64,000 nucleotides of DNA from Eledone cirrhosa (GCA_964016885.1 OZ024744.1:94116001-94180000), one strand, 5' to 3'; numbered from the stretch's first letter, positions 11,965 to 24,038 are shown. The notes: generated by a model not told the origin, from the letters alone. Made by a program: numbers and translations.

Positions 11965-12535
11965 TATTCTAATACTGCAAATTTTCACAACAATCTGTCC
12001 TCTAGTAAATATACTATAAATGAATTAACAAACCTGTTTTTATATATTTTCTGCTAAATCATTACAGGATATTAATAGAAAATACTGCAAATTGTCACAA
12101 CAATCTGTCCACCAGTAAAAATATTTATAAACATTTGAATTAAAAAATCCCCCACTTTTTAGATATTTTCTGTTAAATCATTACAGGATGTTAAGAGATA
12201 ATACTGCAAATTGTCACAACAATTTGTCCACCAGTAAATATACTATAAACATTTGAATTAACAAACTTATTTTTTAGATATCTTCTGTTAAATCATTACA
12301 GGATGTTAAGAGATAATACTGCAAATTGTCACAACAATTTGTCCACCAGTAAATATACTATAGACATTTGAATTAACAAACTTATTTTTTAGATATTTTC
12401 TGCTAAATCATTACAGGATGTTAAGAGATAATACTGCAAATTGTCACAACAATTTGTCCACCAGTAAATATACTATAAACATTTGAATTAACAAACTTAC
12501 TTTTTAGATATTTTCTGCTAAATCATGACAGGAGT
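11965..12535. repeat. Minisatellite, 115-bp unit, about 5 copies
   Basis: caggatgttaagag recurs at 12184, 12299 and 12414. Confidence 0.9.
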
Positions 12536-13329
12536 TACACACATCTATACATATACGGAACTGCATTTTACCATCCATGAATAATACATTTACTTTTTTT
12601 CCTAAACCTTACACTCCAAACTACAAATCAGCTCTCATTCAGAAGACCACTGCTTATTAATATTTTAGCATTTAAAACAGCCATATCCGGCCAGAATTCT
12701 CTTACATCTTTCTATTCAAACTAACCGTAACCGGCCATTCATACTGATGTTAAGGTATTGTTCTCAAAATAAATGATATCAAAATCTCATAGATTCAATA
12801 TTAAGTGAGATATTTATGTGAGATAAAGCCTTTCCTATGAAAATACAATAGTAAATAGAGAGTAATGTAAATGCTAAAGGGTTAAAACTCCTTCCAATAT
12901 CATGTATTAACAAAATACACTACAATTTAACAAGCTATTAATGAGCCTCTACATGGTTGTTCAACCTGTTAGAAACAACAGCAAAATCTCTCCCAAACAA
13001 CAACCTACCATGTTATAAGTAGCAAGGCATGTTGGTTTTTCTTATCCTAAATACACTGTTTGAATAAAAGATAAGGTCAGTTAGTTCTTATCCTAAATAC
13101 ATTGCACTGTGCAAATAAAATACAAGGTCAGCTAGAGTGGTTATGGTTGGAACACCTTTGATCTTAGTTCTACTTAATCTGAGCTGACCAGAGAGTAAAC
13201 AAAAACAACCACTATTCAACTCAATCCAAATCACAGCAACATCAAGCATTTTCTTACATTCAATCTAATATAATTTCCAATGTGTATTTCTGTTTGTCCA
13301 TTGCCTTTGAATTACATAACACACACACG

Positions 13330-13361
<32 letters not shown>

Positions 13362-13604
13362 AAAGAATGAATGCTTCTAGTGTTTGTATGGAGTAAGGTT
13401 TTCCTGGAATATACCGCATATACTTGAATATAAGCCAAACCCTTATTTTATGCCTGAGAATTGGACGAAAATCCAAACTCTCTCTATAAGCTGAGGCAGC
13501 TAATCAACTCATGGAGTTTAGATGGCACGGTTTTCACATTCTTATGCTTGGAAAACATATTTATGAAGTTTTAATATTTTGATACTTAAAATGTTTATCA
13601 TTTA

Positions 13605-13772
13605 CCGTATTTCCCGGCACCGAAGACGCTTCATCCTCAAGGACGCACCCTAATTTTGACAACAAAAAATTTGAAAAAAAATAAGAAACAACCTTCAGCC
13701 TCCAGGACGCATGATAGACTTTTGAGACTTATTTTAGGAAAAACGCATCGTCTTTGACACCGGAAAGTATGG
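13605..13772. mobile_element. pogo/Tc1-type MITE
   Basis: TA-ccgtatttcccggcaccgaagacg...cgtctttgacaccggaaagtatgg-TA imperfect TIRs. Confidence 0.7.
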
Positions 13773-14709
13773 TATGTTACTGTATATTTACTATTGTACT
13801 TTCACAGTAAATACTTTATCTCACATAATATCGAATCTACGAGATTTTGATATTATTTATTTTGAGAACAATACCTTAACATAAGCATGAGCAGCCGGTT
13901 ATGGCTGGTTTGAACAGAAAGAAATGAGAGAATTCTAGCCGGATATGGTCAGTTTAAATGCTAAAGGCTTAAATGTTGTTTAACTGATACCTCCTCATCA
14001 TCATCATCATCCATTTTATAAAGTTTCAACAAATTTCTCGACTTTTGTTTACTTCTTTCTGGCTACTAAAATGCTTGGAGTATTTTGCTTCTTTTTTTTT
14101 TTTTAGCAGACAACAATAAGCACCATCTTCCGAATGTAACAGATTTTTACTTAATAAGCACATCCAATGCAATGCATGTCTTAACCCTTTAGCATTTAAA
14201 CTGGCCATATCCGACCAGAATTCTCTCACCTCTTTCTATTCAAATCGGCTGTAACCAGCTGCTCATACTGATGTTAAGGTATTGTTCTCAAAATATATAA
14301 TATCCAAATCTCATAGATTTGATATTATGTGAGGTAATTATGTGAGATAAAGTGTTTACCATGAAAATATAATAGTATATATAGAGTAATGTAAATGTTA
14401 TGTGAGATATTATGTGAGATAATTATGTGAGGTAAAGCCTTTACAGTGAAAATATAATAGTATATATAGAGTGGTTTCTTTATTTGCCACTAGGGCACAA
14501 AAGGTAGGGACAGATACAAGGGGGGAAGTTTACATATAATTAACGAGTACAAAAATATAACAATGAAATAACAACAACAAACGAAGTCCTCAATAGGGAG
14601 GGGGCATTAACATGGGTCGCACACACCCCGGAAAAAATGTGTAACCCTTCTCCTCAGGAGCACAAAGAGTAGGTGCTTCCCTCGTCTCCTCTTTTTCCTC
14701 TTCTTTCAC

Positions 14710-17700
14710 CTACAGGCTGATATAGAGAGAAGACCCATTCACTCTGGCCATTCTCCCTACTTTCACCCACCTTTCATAAAACTTGCTGGGGTAGAGCACC
14801 TCTCTCTCCATTCTGATCCTTCTTTTAAAATGGTATTTGAAAAAGGGGACCAGTTGTTGGCCGGAGAGAAAGGTGTCTGACCTCAGCCCTTTCAGCCTCG
14901 TCCACCATACAACTTCTTTAGCCATGGCTACCACACAGAGAAAAACCGCCTCTCCTTCGTTTTTGAAAGGGGGAGGCGGTTTGATCGTGACAATGGACTC
15001 GGTGGTCAACCGGATTGGTCCCACCCTCGACAGTAGTCGTTCCACATAGCCCCACAGGTCAGCAATGCCTGGGCAGTGTACGAATGCGTGCGCAACGGTT
15101 TCGTCATCATGCACGCATCTCGGACAGATCTTATTCAAAGGATCTCTACCCAGGCTCCCATGCCTGTGGAGCTTGTCTCGAACGGGTAGAGCCCCTCGGT
15201 AGCACTGCCAAGCCAGGGACTTTTGGAAGTTGTCCATCGGTCCAGGGCCAAACGTCCTACCGAACAGACTGGCCAGTTCATCTTCCTCCATGCCTAGAGC
15301 TTCTCCGAGAGCATCGTCGCACCTGCTGCGTACCAACCCTCTATAGAATGTCGAGGTGGAGTCTCCACTGATTGCCGGGTCCGCTTTCCAGAGGGCCGTG
15401 AGCGCCTGGGCACATTCAATGTGCCAGTCGCCCACTTTTCTCGGTCTTTGCTTGACCCAGGATTGCAGCTCGGTGAGCGAGACGAGTCTGGGAAAGGCTC
15501 GCCTCACAAACGGGGCCCACACCGGTTGACCGGTGAGGAATACCTGGAGGTGCCGTAGCCTTAATGCGTGTTTACGCATCTGTAGCCACGGCATCCCCAG
15601 CCCTCCTTTCGAAGGGTGTTGACAGCAGATGGATCTCCTCACCAAAGGGGTCCGCTTGTTCCAAAGAAATTGGAACAGCGCGCACTCCATTTTGGCGAGT
15701 CTTTTCACTGGGCAAGGCACGACGGTCAAGCGGTAGTAGATGACGGATGCTATATAAGTATTCGCCACCTCCGCTCGACCTTTCAGGGATAGTTTGCACT
15801 GGGCCCACTTCTGGGTGAGTGCAAACACCCTGGCCGTTACCTCGTTCCAGTTTTTCTCCACCTGGAGGTCTGGTCCGAACCAGACCCCAAGCAGCTTCAC
15901 CGGGCCCTCCGTCCAGCGTCCGACGACGTCGTTGGAGGGCATCGGTTTGCCTCTCCATGTTCCGAGTTGCAAACCGACGGACTTGTCCCGGTTCAGCTTG
16001 GCTCCTGTAAACCTTTCATATTCCTCCAGTAAGGTGCCGATCTCACCGATTTGCGAGGTTTTCGACACCATTACTGTCACGTCATCGGCGTAGGCCGACG
16101 CCGCTTTCTGCAATCCCGGTTCCAAAGGGATGCCCTGCAACCGCTCCAACTTCCGCAGTAGTGGCTCAAGAGCCAGCACATACAGTAGGGAGGAGAGAGG
16201 GCATCCCTGTCGGATGGATCGCATGATTTGGAACGGCTCCGAGAGGTGGCCGTTCACCTTGACCCTTGAGCAGACGTTGCTGCTGTGCATCGCAGCAATC
16301 CAACCCCTGAAAACGGGTCCGAAGCCTGCCGCCGCGAGCACCGCATCCAGGTAACGATGGTCAACCCTATCGAAAGCTTTAGATTGATCCAAGTTGATCA
16401 GGGCCCCACCAAAGCCGGGTTCATTCCCTACCCTCTCTATGATGTATCGCATAAGGTGGAGATTGTCGTGAATGGACCTGGACGGGATTGCGCATGTCTG
16501 CGCTTCTCCCACCAGGTTTCCAACGACAAGCGCCAACCTCTTCGCTAACACCTTGGCCAAAATCTTTAACTCTGTATTTAGCAGAGTTATGGGCCTGAAG
16601 TTACTTATGTCATCCCCCTTGTTCTCATCCTTCCTCACCAGCGTAACTACGCCCTTGGTCACAGAACTGGGAATTCTCCCGTTCTGCTGCCAGTTGCAGT
16701 AGACCGCTTCGAGGATATCGGAGAACAAGTCCGGCATCGCTACATATAGCTCGTATGGTAGACCATCGAGACCCGGGGATTTGCGTTTGCCGCATTGGCT
16801 CAGCGCCGCCCCTATCTCAGCAGCTGAAATCGTCCTTTCGCAGGACTTCGCCTCCGCGTCCGAGAGGCGCGGCAGACCGTCGAGGTATGGATTGAAATCC
16901 ATAGTCTCACCCGGCGCGCCGCCCCTCTCGAACAGTCGTGCAAAGTGCCGCTGAAAGGCCGCACACATCTGCCCAGGTTCAAGGATCACACGCCCATCCT
17001 GGTCCTTCAAAGACCGAATCGTGGACTTGTTCCCACTTTTTGCCTCTGTCACTCGGGCCCAGCTTACAGCTTTGGCTCCCTCATTACCCAGAGCACGTAT
17101 TTTACTCCTGACAACGCAGCCTTCATGCTTCACCTCAAAGAACTGGTCTAAGGCCATTCTTGATGCCAGCACGCCGGCTACATTGCCACTCCTAATCGCC
17201 TCTTCTACTCTATCTACTAATTCCCTTTCCGTCTTGTTCCTATCCCTTGCTAATTCCTGACTAAAACCTATCGATTCTATTCTAATTGCTCTCTTAAGAG
17301 AGCTCCACCACCTGTTGTTGACAATTGCCCCTGTCAAACTCTGCTTGACTAACGTGCTAATCCGTTTACTGTAAGCTTTGCTTCTCGGTAAGGACAAGTT
17401 CAGCTTCCAATAACCGGGTCCCTGTCTATGGGTTCTATCAAGGTTGGCTATGCAGGTCACTAACTTGTGATCCGAATAGTCAACCATGAACATTTTTGGA
17501 CAGCTAAATGTGTCCCTATCGTTCTCTCTAACTAGGACCCTATCTAGGTACGACCTAGATGTTCCACTGCGATTGGTCCACGTCCATAGTGGTACAGTCG
17601 GAAAATCTAGTCGATATCTATCGGCCAGGTCAAATCGGCCGATTAACCTTTTGAGGCTTTTACACCCCCCTCTATTGGCACATGCCCCTACATAGTCCCA

Positions 17701-18147
17701 ACGTGCATCCAGGATACCATTCCAGTCCCCCACTAAAAGCAAGGAGCGGGACGTTCCCAGAAAAGTTTCCAGACGTTGGAAGTATTCCGGCCGCGCTGCC
17801 CAAAAAGGGGCGTACACAGCTATTAGTCTAAGGGCTCCACTTTCACTACTGCCGACGTCTAAAACCACCAGTCGACCCTCCGGGTCCAGGTGCACCTTCT
17901 GTATGGCGAGGCCCAGGTGTTTTCGCAGCAGAACGACAACTCCACCCCCACCCCCCGGTTGACAGAGAGATGCGAAGATCTCAAAGTCGTCGAAGAGGGG
18001 CGCCAGTTGGTGCTCGCTGCTGATCCTGGACTCGCAAATAGCCATTACATCCATTCTATGCGACCTGAGATCGTTTAAAAGTTTGCCTTGTTTCCAAGAC
18101 AGTCCCAGGCCACGTACATTCAGACACCCAACTCTTATATCAGCCAT
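14710..18147 (-). CDS. Tx1/L1 ORF2: APE endonuclease, reverse transcriptase and C-terminal zinc finger, 1145 aa
   Basis: LNVRGL, GDWN, YLDR, SDH; KSPGLDG, FRPITLLN, DQSKAFDRV, RQGCPLS, AYADD; CPRC...HAFVHC. Confidence 0.96.
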   Translation of the reverse strand: MADIRVGCLNVRGLGLSWKQGKLLNDLRSHRMDVMAICESRISSEHQLAPLFDDFEIFASLCQPGGGGGVVVLLRKHLGLAIQKVHLDPEGRLVVLDVGSSESGALRLIAVYAPFWAARPEYFQRLETFLGTSRSLLLVGDWNGILDARWDYVGACANRGGCKSLKRLIGRFDLADRYRLDFPTVPLWTWTNRSGTSRSYLDRVLVRENDRDTFSCPKMFMVDYSDHKLVTCIANLDRTHRQGPGYWKLNLSLPRSKAYSKRISTLVKQSLTGAIVNNRWWSSLKRAIRIESIGFSQELARDRNKTERELVDRVEEAIRSGNVAGVLASRMALDQFFEVKHEGCVVRSKIRALGNEGAKAVSWARVTEAKSGNKSTIRSLKDQDGRVILEPGQMCAAFQRHFARLFERGGAPGETMDFNPYLDGLPRLSDAEAKSCERTISAAEIGAALSQCGKRKSPGLDGLPYELYVAMPDLFSDILEAVYCNWQQNGRIPSSVTKGVVTLVRKDENKGDDISNFRPITLLNTELKILAKVLAKRLALVVGNLVGEAQTCAIPSRSIHDNLHLMRYIIERVGNEPGFGGALINLDQSKAFDRVDHRYLDAVLAAAGFGPVFRGWIAAMHSSNVCSRVKVNGHLSEPFQIMRSIRQGCPLSSLLYVLALEPLLRKLERLQGIPLEPGLQKAASAYADDVTVMVSKTSQIGEIGTLLEEYERFTGAKLNRDKSVGLQLGTWRGKPMPSNDVVGRWTEGPVKLLGVWFGPDLQVEKNWNEVTARVFALTQKWAQCKLSLKGRAEVANTYIASVIYYRLTVVPCPVKRLAKMECALFQFLWNKRTPLVRRSICCQHPSKGGLGMPWLQMRKHALRLRHLQVFLTGQPVWAPFVRRAFPRLVSLTELQSWVKQRPRKVGDWHIECAQALTALWKADPAISGDSTSTFYRGLVRSRCDDALGEALGMEEDELASLFGRTFGPGPMDNFQKSLAWQCYRGALPVRDKLHRHGSLGRDPLNKICPRCVHDDETVAHAFVHCPGIADLWGYVERLLSRVGPIRLTTESIVTIKPPPPFKNEGEAVFLCVVAMAKEVVWWTRLKGLRSDTFLSGQQLVPFFKYHFKRRIRMEREVLYPSKFYERWVKVGRMARVNGSSLYISL

Positions 18148-18168
18148 GTTGGTTAAAAGAGGAAGGAC

Positions 18169-19908
18169 CTACCTGTTCGGCTCCTGAGGAGCAGGTTGCA
18201 CAATATCCATGGGCGTATTGGAGGGGTTGTTTGGTGGGGTGTTGTTCTGTGGTGGAGTGGGGGTGTTTGGTGAGGTGTGGGTGGGGAAACGTTTCAAGAG
18301 GACGCGGTTATAGGGTCGAGTACATGTTTTCCCCACGTCCTCAGGAAAGTTCTCTCTTAGTTTTGCATAGGTGTCCATTGGGAGTCTTATCATTTTTAAA
18401 TGCGGTTTGTTGGCCGCGCTTGCAAAGAATTGTCCTTCAGTTTCCACCAAAGGGTCTTTGTGTATTGTTTTTACTAGTTCTTTGTTATTTGTGTTAATGT
18501 ATGTATACTGTTTTATTTGTGTTGTGTTTGTTTGTTGTTCTTGTGTGTGCTTACGTTTTGTTGTATGTGTTATGTTTTGGGGTGGGGCGGATTTTGTTTG
18601 TTCTGTTTGTTTTGTTTTTGTTGGTGGTTGTGTGTTTGTTTCGTTTATGTTCGAGTGGTGCTTTCTTTTTTTCCTTTTTACAGGTTGGAAGGGTTCCCCC
18701 TCTTCGTCACTAGGTGCCGTTTCCGCTGGGTCCTCGTCCGTGCTGTCGGGTAGTGGTGTATTTTGGGGTTTTGTTGTATTTGTGTGTGTTTTGGGAGTTG
18801 TTTTGGGTGGGGCCGTGTCTTGTGTTATTTTTCCCTGTTGTTTTTGTTGTTGTTGTGGTGGTGGTGGTGGAGGTGGTGGTGGTGGTGGTGGCGGTGGTGG
18901 TGTGTGGGGTGTAGGCAAAAGAGCCTTTTTTTTTGTCAATTGAGGACAAGCAGCCCTTAGATGACCCCTGCTTGAACAGTAGTAACATATGGGCCTCCTA
19001 CCCTCGGCTGAAATATATATAAATGTTTCTCCATCGAGGGACACCCTCTGTGGTATTCTAGCGATTCGTTCTGGTCTCATTTGGACCAGAACCTCCACGC
19101 TCAAACCGCCGAAAACGTCTGTGGTGACTTCTCCTACTGAGAGGATTCCGTCCTCGTCTTCTAAAAACCCTGTTAGTACCCAGGAAATGCATGCATTTGG
19201 CCGGATTCCGGAGACCCTTATCTTCTGCGTTCTTTTCCCTAAATATGTGGGGAAAAATGTATGTAGCTTGGAAACAATTGGTGCCACAGAGTATTTCCTG
19301 GCCGTCAATTGATCCTTCATTAGGACCGTTATATTCCCATAGAGTGGCCCTTTTTGTATGAACGATATATCACTCCACACATTTTTTAGGACCAGCTCAA
19401 TCTCTTTTTGGGATAATTGAGTTGGTTTCCTTGTTATGTTGGAAATTGTTCTGAAAGATATCGTTCTTAGCGTCGTGTCTCTTTTGATTTCTTGTGGGGA
19501 GGTGATTGTGAAGTCTCCTCCTTCTTTGAAAGTTACATACTGTTTCGCTTCCTTCATCTTTTCTCTCAGAGTTGTAATGTCCAGTTGCTTGCAGGTTTGT
19601 GTTTTCCGGACCGCCTGTGCAAAGGAGGTACCAGTAGTGGGTTCGCTTTGTTTGGTGTTATCGTTATTTTTTCCTTGGTTGGTGTTGTGACTATTGCTGT
19701 TATTGTCGTTGTTGTTTTTGTCTGCGTTTATGTGACTTTCTGGGTTTTCACCCATTTTTTCAAATTTTTCTTTTAATTCCGTGTTCCATGTTTCTTTTGC
19801 AGAAGTCAGGAGGGAAGACTTAGAGCCTTGTGCTTCTAGCTTCTCTGTATCACCTTTCTTAGGGGGCGTGGCTTTCACGTTAGGATGAGATGTGAAAATT
19901 CCGTCCAT
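18169..19908 (-). CDS. Tx1/L1 ORF1 gag-like protein with zinc knuckle
   Basis: First ATG at 19908; CYYCSSRGHLRAAC (CX2CX4HX4C); poly-Pro/Gln tract and basic KRKKRK; stops 21 bp before ORF2. Confidence 0.9.
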   Translation of the reverse strand: MDGIFTSHPNVKATPPKKGDTEKLEAQGSKSSLLTSAKETWNTELKEKFEKMGENPESHINADKNNNDNNSNSHNTNQGKNNDNTKQSEPTTGTSFAQAVRKTQTCKQLDITTLREKMKEAKQYVTFKEGGDFTITSPQEIKRDTTLRTISFRTISNITRKPTQLSQKEIELVLKNVWSDISFIQKGPLYGNITVLMKDQLTARKYSVAPIVSKLHTFFPTYLGKRTQKIRVSGIRPNACISWVLTGFLEDEDGILSVGEVTTDVFGGLSVEVLVQMRPERIARIPQRVSLDGETFIYISAEGRRPICYYCSSRGHLRAACPQLTKKKALLPTPHTPPPPPPPPPPPPPPPQQQQKQQGKITQDTAPPKTTPKTHTNTTKPQNTPLPDSTDEDPAETAPSDEEGEPFQPVKRKKRKHHSNINETNTQPPTKTKQTEQTKSAPPQNITHTTKRKHTQEQQTNTTQIKQYTYINTNNKELVKTIHKDPLVETEGQFFASAANKPHLKMIRLPMDTYAKLRENFPEDVGKTCTRPYNRVLLKRFPTHTSPNTPTPPQNNTPPNNPSNTPMDIVQPAPQEPNR

Positions 19909-20119
19909 TTCTATTAGTTTGCCGTAATAAATTTTTAACTGGAAAATTCGCCCCAAAAAGGGGCGAAAATAAATAAACTCAAAGTTTGACGACCAAGGCA
20001 AGGGGTTAACGTATATTACAGTATAAAAAAATTAATCAAAACTCACTTTTTGAGTAAGTAAATCCGACTCGGTAGCCGAGCTTGTTCACACACGTCAACA
20101 CACGTCTCTCGTATACGAG

Positions 20120-20474
20120 ATGTTATGTGAGATATTATGTGAGATAATTATGTGAGGTAAAGCCTTTACAGTGAAAATATAATAGTATATATAGAGTAAT
20201 GTAAATGTTATGTGAGATATTATGTGAGATAATTATGTGAGGTAAAGCCTTTACCATGAAAATATAATAGTATATATAGAGTAATGTAAATGTTATGTGA
20301 GATATTATGTGAGATAATTATGTGAGGTAAAGCCTTTACCATGAAAATATAATAGTATATATAGAGTAATGTAAATGTTATGTGAGATATTATGTGAGAT
20401 AATTATGTGAGGTAAAGCCTTTACCATGAAAATATAATAGTATATATAGAGTAATGTAAATGTTAAAGGGTTAA
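20120..20474. repeat. 85-bp tandem repeat (4 copies) derived from the TTAA MITE right end
   Basis: tgttatgtgagatattatgtgagataattatgtgaggtaaagcc...gtaatgtaaa repeated, ending taaagggttaa. Confidence 0.9.
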
Positions 20475-20616
20475 AATATTTGAAAATAATTTAACATCGA
20501 ATAAGTATTAAAGCTTTAGGTAAATGTTTACAATTACACATGTCTCGCGTCAGTATGACCCTTCAGTCAGTTAACTAAAGAGTTTAACATTCAACTTTGG
20601 TGTAATTTTGAAAAAC

Positions 20617-21131
20617 TAGGCATAAGAAGAATCAAATGCAGTGTGCAGGAGAGGAGATTACGTTGGTATGGACATGTGATGTATATGAACGATGACAGCT
20701 GCATAAAAAGGTGCAGAGCGCTACAAGTTGATGGAAGTCGTGGAGTGAGGCGACCAAAGAAGACCTGGGATGAGGTGATAAAAGCTGATCTTGCCCAATT
20801 GCACCTCTCAATGACACAAGACCGGGATCTCTGGTGTCACAACAAAAAGCACCCAGCCCACATTGTAAAGTGGTCATGTAGGTGTCACGACAAAAAGCAC
20901 TCAGCCTACACTGTAAAGTGATCGTGTACGTGTCATGACAAAAAGTACCCAATACTTACTGTAATTGAGGTTGGTATTAGGAAAAGCATCCAGTTGTAGA
21001 AATCAAGCCAAAATCGATTCTGTATGAGCATGACATGATCACCTGACTTAGCATTGCTCACAACAGGATAATTCATCTAACCCATGCTAGTGTGGAAAAT
21101 GGACGTAAAACAGTGATGATGATGATGATGA
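20617..21131 (+). mobile_element. RTE LINE 3' fragment
   Basis: ERRLRWYGHV...RPKKTW peptide, 3' UTR, (GAT)n tail. Confidence 0.88.
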
Positions 21132-21859
21132 TATATAAATATTTTTTCTATATTAGTTCAGTAATATACTCAGTTCATTTTTTTAAATCCATGTAAGCTA
21201 CTTAGAATTTTTTAAATCAGCCAGATTAATACTTAAACATCACTAAAATTTGATTCCATAGAGATATATTTTGAGTTTAAGATTTCTTTTTTAATAATTT
21301 ATCTTTAACTGTTAAAGAGATCATTAACCTGTTAGCATTTAGCCATATCCGACCAGAATTTTCTCACTTCTTTCTGTTCAAACCAGCTGTAACTGGCCAC
21401 ACATACTTATGTTAACGTATTGTTTTCAAAATAAATAATATCAAAATCTCGTAGATTTGATATTATGTGAGATAATTATGTGAGGCAAAGCCTTTACTGT
21501 GACAATACAATAGTAAATATAGAATAATGGAAATACTAAATGTTTAACCCTTTAGCATTCAAATCGGCCATATCCGGCCAGAATTCTCTCACTTCTTTCT
21601 GTTCAAACCAGCTGTAACTGGCTGCTCATACCTATACTAAGGTATTGTTCTCAAAATAAGTGACATCAAAATCTCGAAGATTTGATATTACATAGATAAT
21701 TATGTAAAATAAACCCTTTACTGTGAAAATACAATAGTAACTATACAATAATGTAAATGCTAAAGGGTTAAAAAGACATAGAGGGAAGATGAGTAAAATT
21801 ATGTGCAAGGACCCTTGCACGCAGGGAAAAGCGGACGTAAAATGAAATGATGATGAGAT

Positions 21860-22047
21860 ATAATTGTTTCTACTTTAGGCACAAGGCCAGCAATTACCCA
21901 GTGCATTACTGGTACTTTATTTTATCGACCCCGTAAGGATGAAAGGCAAAGTCAACCTCGGCGGGATTTGAACTCAGATCGTAAAGGGACATAACTATGC
22001 TGGAAAGCATGGCATCCGACCCTCCACTGATACTGCCAATCCACCGT
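21860..22047 (-). mobile_element. tRNA-derived SINE with a Tx1-like tail
   Basis: Matches 56601-56787; TSD aaatgatgatgagatataat. Confidence 0.85.
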
Positions 22048-22679
22048 ACTAAATGATGATGAGATATAATAAATAGGAAATAGTTGAAAGAAAGAGAACA
22101 ATGTATAGGATTCAAAGTAAAAGGGGGAGGGAGAGACAGTAAGCAAGAAAGATAGGGAAGGCAGAGCAAGAAAAGAGAGAGTGAGCGAAAAACAATAGAA
22201 TATGAGACAGAAGTAAGATAGTATAATTATGTTACAGAGAAAAACAGTCGCTACATGTGTAGGGAATATCTATGCGTTAACAGTTTCAAATTATAAAAAT
22301 TTGGTGGGGATTTTCTCAAGAGAATGCATAAATAACATTCATGACAATGAAGTAAATGTAGAAAAACAGTGTTTCGTTGTAAAAAATCACTACACCTTAT
22401 TTACATAGAATTTCAAATTGGTGAAAATCGTCAAAATATTGACCTCAAATGTAAGCCAACTCCTCATTTTACCATTGAATTTTTTTTTTGTTGCATATTT
22501 CTTGGCGTTATATGCAAGTATATACAATACATCTAGGGAAATATATATTCCACTTCTCAAATTCTTTTCATTTTTTTCTCAAATTACTCCTTTCTTTAGT
22601 ACTATAAGTGATTTCTGAAGATTTCATACAAATGAAATAGATCTTGTCCTGTAGAAGTCATTTGTATGAACTAAGTGAG

Positions 22680-23328
22680 AAATTAGAAATAATAGGGATC
22701 AGATGCTGTTTACTCAAGAGAGGGCTACGTTGGTATGGTCACGTGATGCGCATAAAAGACGACAGCTGTATAAAAAAGTGCAGGGCGATCAAAATTGATG
22801 GAAGTTACGGAGTAGGCTGACCCAGAAAAACCTGGGATGATTTGATAAATTCCGACCTTACACACTTACACCTCTCTAAGACAATGTCACTGGACCAAGA
22901 TCTTTGGCGTTACGCAGTAATACAGAAGACCCGCCTTGCCTAAGTACAAAGCAAAACCTAGTCAGTAAGCACCTCTTAATCAAATATACACCCCCATCCC
23001 ACTACCTCAACACCACCCCCACCCCCATCAATACCACCCCTTTCGATGTAAAGTTATGTTGGTACCACAACATCCAGTACTAAATAAATGAGGTCGTGTA
23101 GGTGTCCCGACAAAAAAAACACACAGTCCACGCTGTAATGTGGCCGTGTAGGTAACACGGTAAAAACCTCCCAGTCTACACTGTAAAGTGGTTGGTGTTA
23201 GGAAGGGCATCCAGCTGTAGAAAACCTGCCAGACAACCTATACGAGCAAGACAACCAATCTTACCTCACGTGGGACAATTCCCATCTAAACCCATGTTAG
23301 CGTGGAAGATGGACGTTAAATGATGATG
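22680..23328 (+). mobile_element. RTE LINE 3' fragment
   Basis: Similar to 42750-43412, ends ggacgttaaatgatgatg. Confidence 0.88.
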
Positions 23329-23968
23329 TGTGTCTGTGTATGTGTGTATGTGTGTATATGTGTGTGCATGTATTAGAATATACAACTAATATACTAAAAA
23401 CATGTATACACAGTCTTCAACTCTTTATCGGTACCTTTCTCATTCATCCCATCTCATATTTGATTTATTTAGAATATTTTTAGAATACTTCTGCAGAATA
23501 TGAACAATGAATGCCCTTTCTTATGAAAATATATGTTATTCAAAATTATAAACAAAAGATATATATATATATATTTCATCTTGATGTTATAGTCACTTAT
23601 ATGTCTGAATTATTGTCGGCTTTTTGCTTACATTAATTTCTCTATTTTCATTTATATATATATATATATATATATATTGAATCACATTGGCATATGGTTG
23701 GACAATACATGTGTCCCTAAGCTCTTTGTGCGTGTAGGGATATATACTTTATTATTATTCTCCTCTTGGTCGAGAAAAAAATTTGGTCGTTCTGACTGCT
23801 GCTAGTTATAGTGGTAGTAGACTGACCTCCCTGCTTATGCTTCTATCTTTACACACGGCACTTGACGGAATTGATTCCACATCATTTATTCTCATCTCGG
23901 GAACAATTTGGAATAGCGCCAGTTCGTAATTTGAACCCGGGAATTTTATATTCTCCGAGTGAAAAGAT

Positions 23969-24038
23969 CCTTCTGACGAGAGTTTATCTTTGCAATGGAT
24001 GTCCATTTATTTGAGACTCGAAACCGATTCGATAAAGG
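23969..24038 (+). ncRNA. Probable type I hammerhead ribozyme (one stem III mismatch)
   Basis: cctt CTGACGA gagttt...agactc GAAA ccgattcga TA aagg. Confidence 0.6.

Larger units (their letters stand above)
14473..20120 (-). mobile_element. Full-length, apparently intact Tx1/L1-clade non-LTR retrotransposon
   Basis: Two uninterrupted ORFs, short UTRs, 3' end aataaagaaacc, flanked by the two halves of a TTAA MITE. Confidence 0.95.

Noticed and set aside
23806-24006. 66-aa minus-strand ORF with ATG and a possible donor, candidate first exon of GCN2
   Set aside because: No similarity to the GCN2 N-terminus, and the opposite strand carries an HHR, indicating a pLTR remnant
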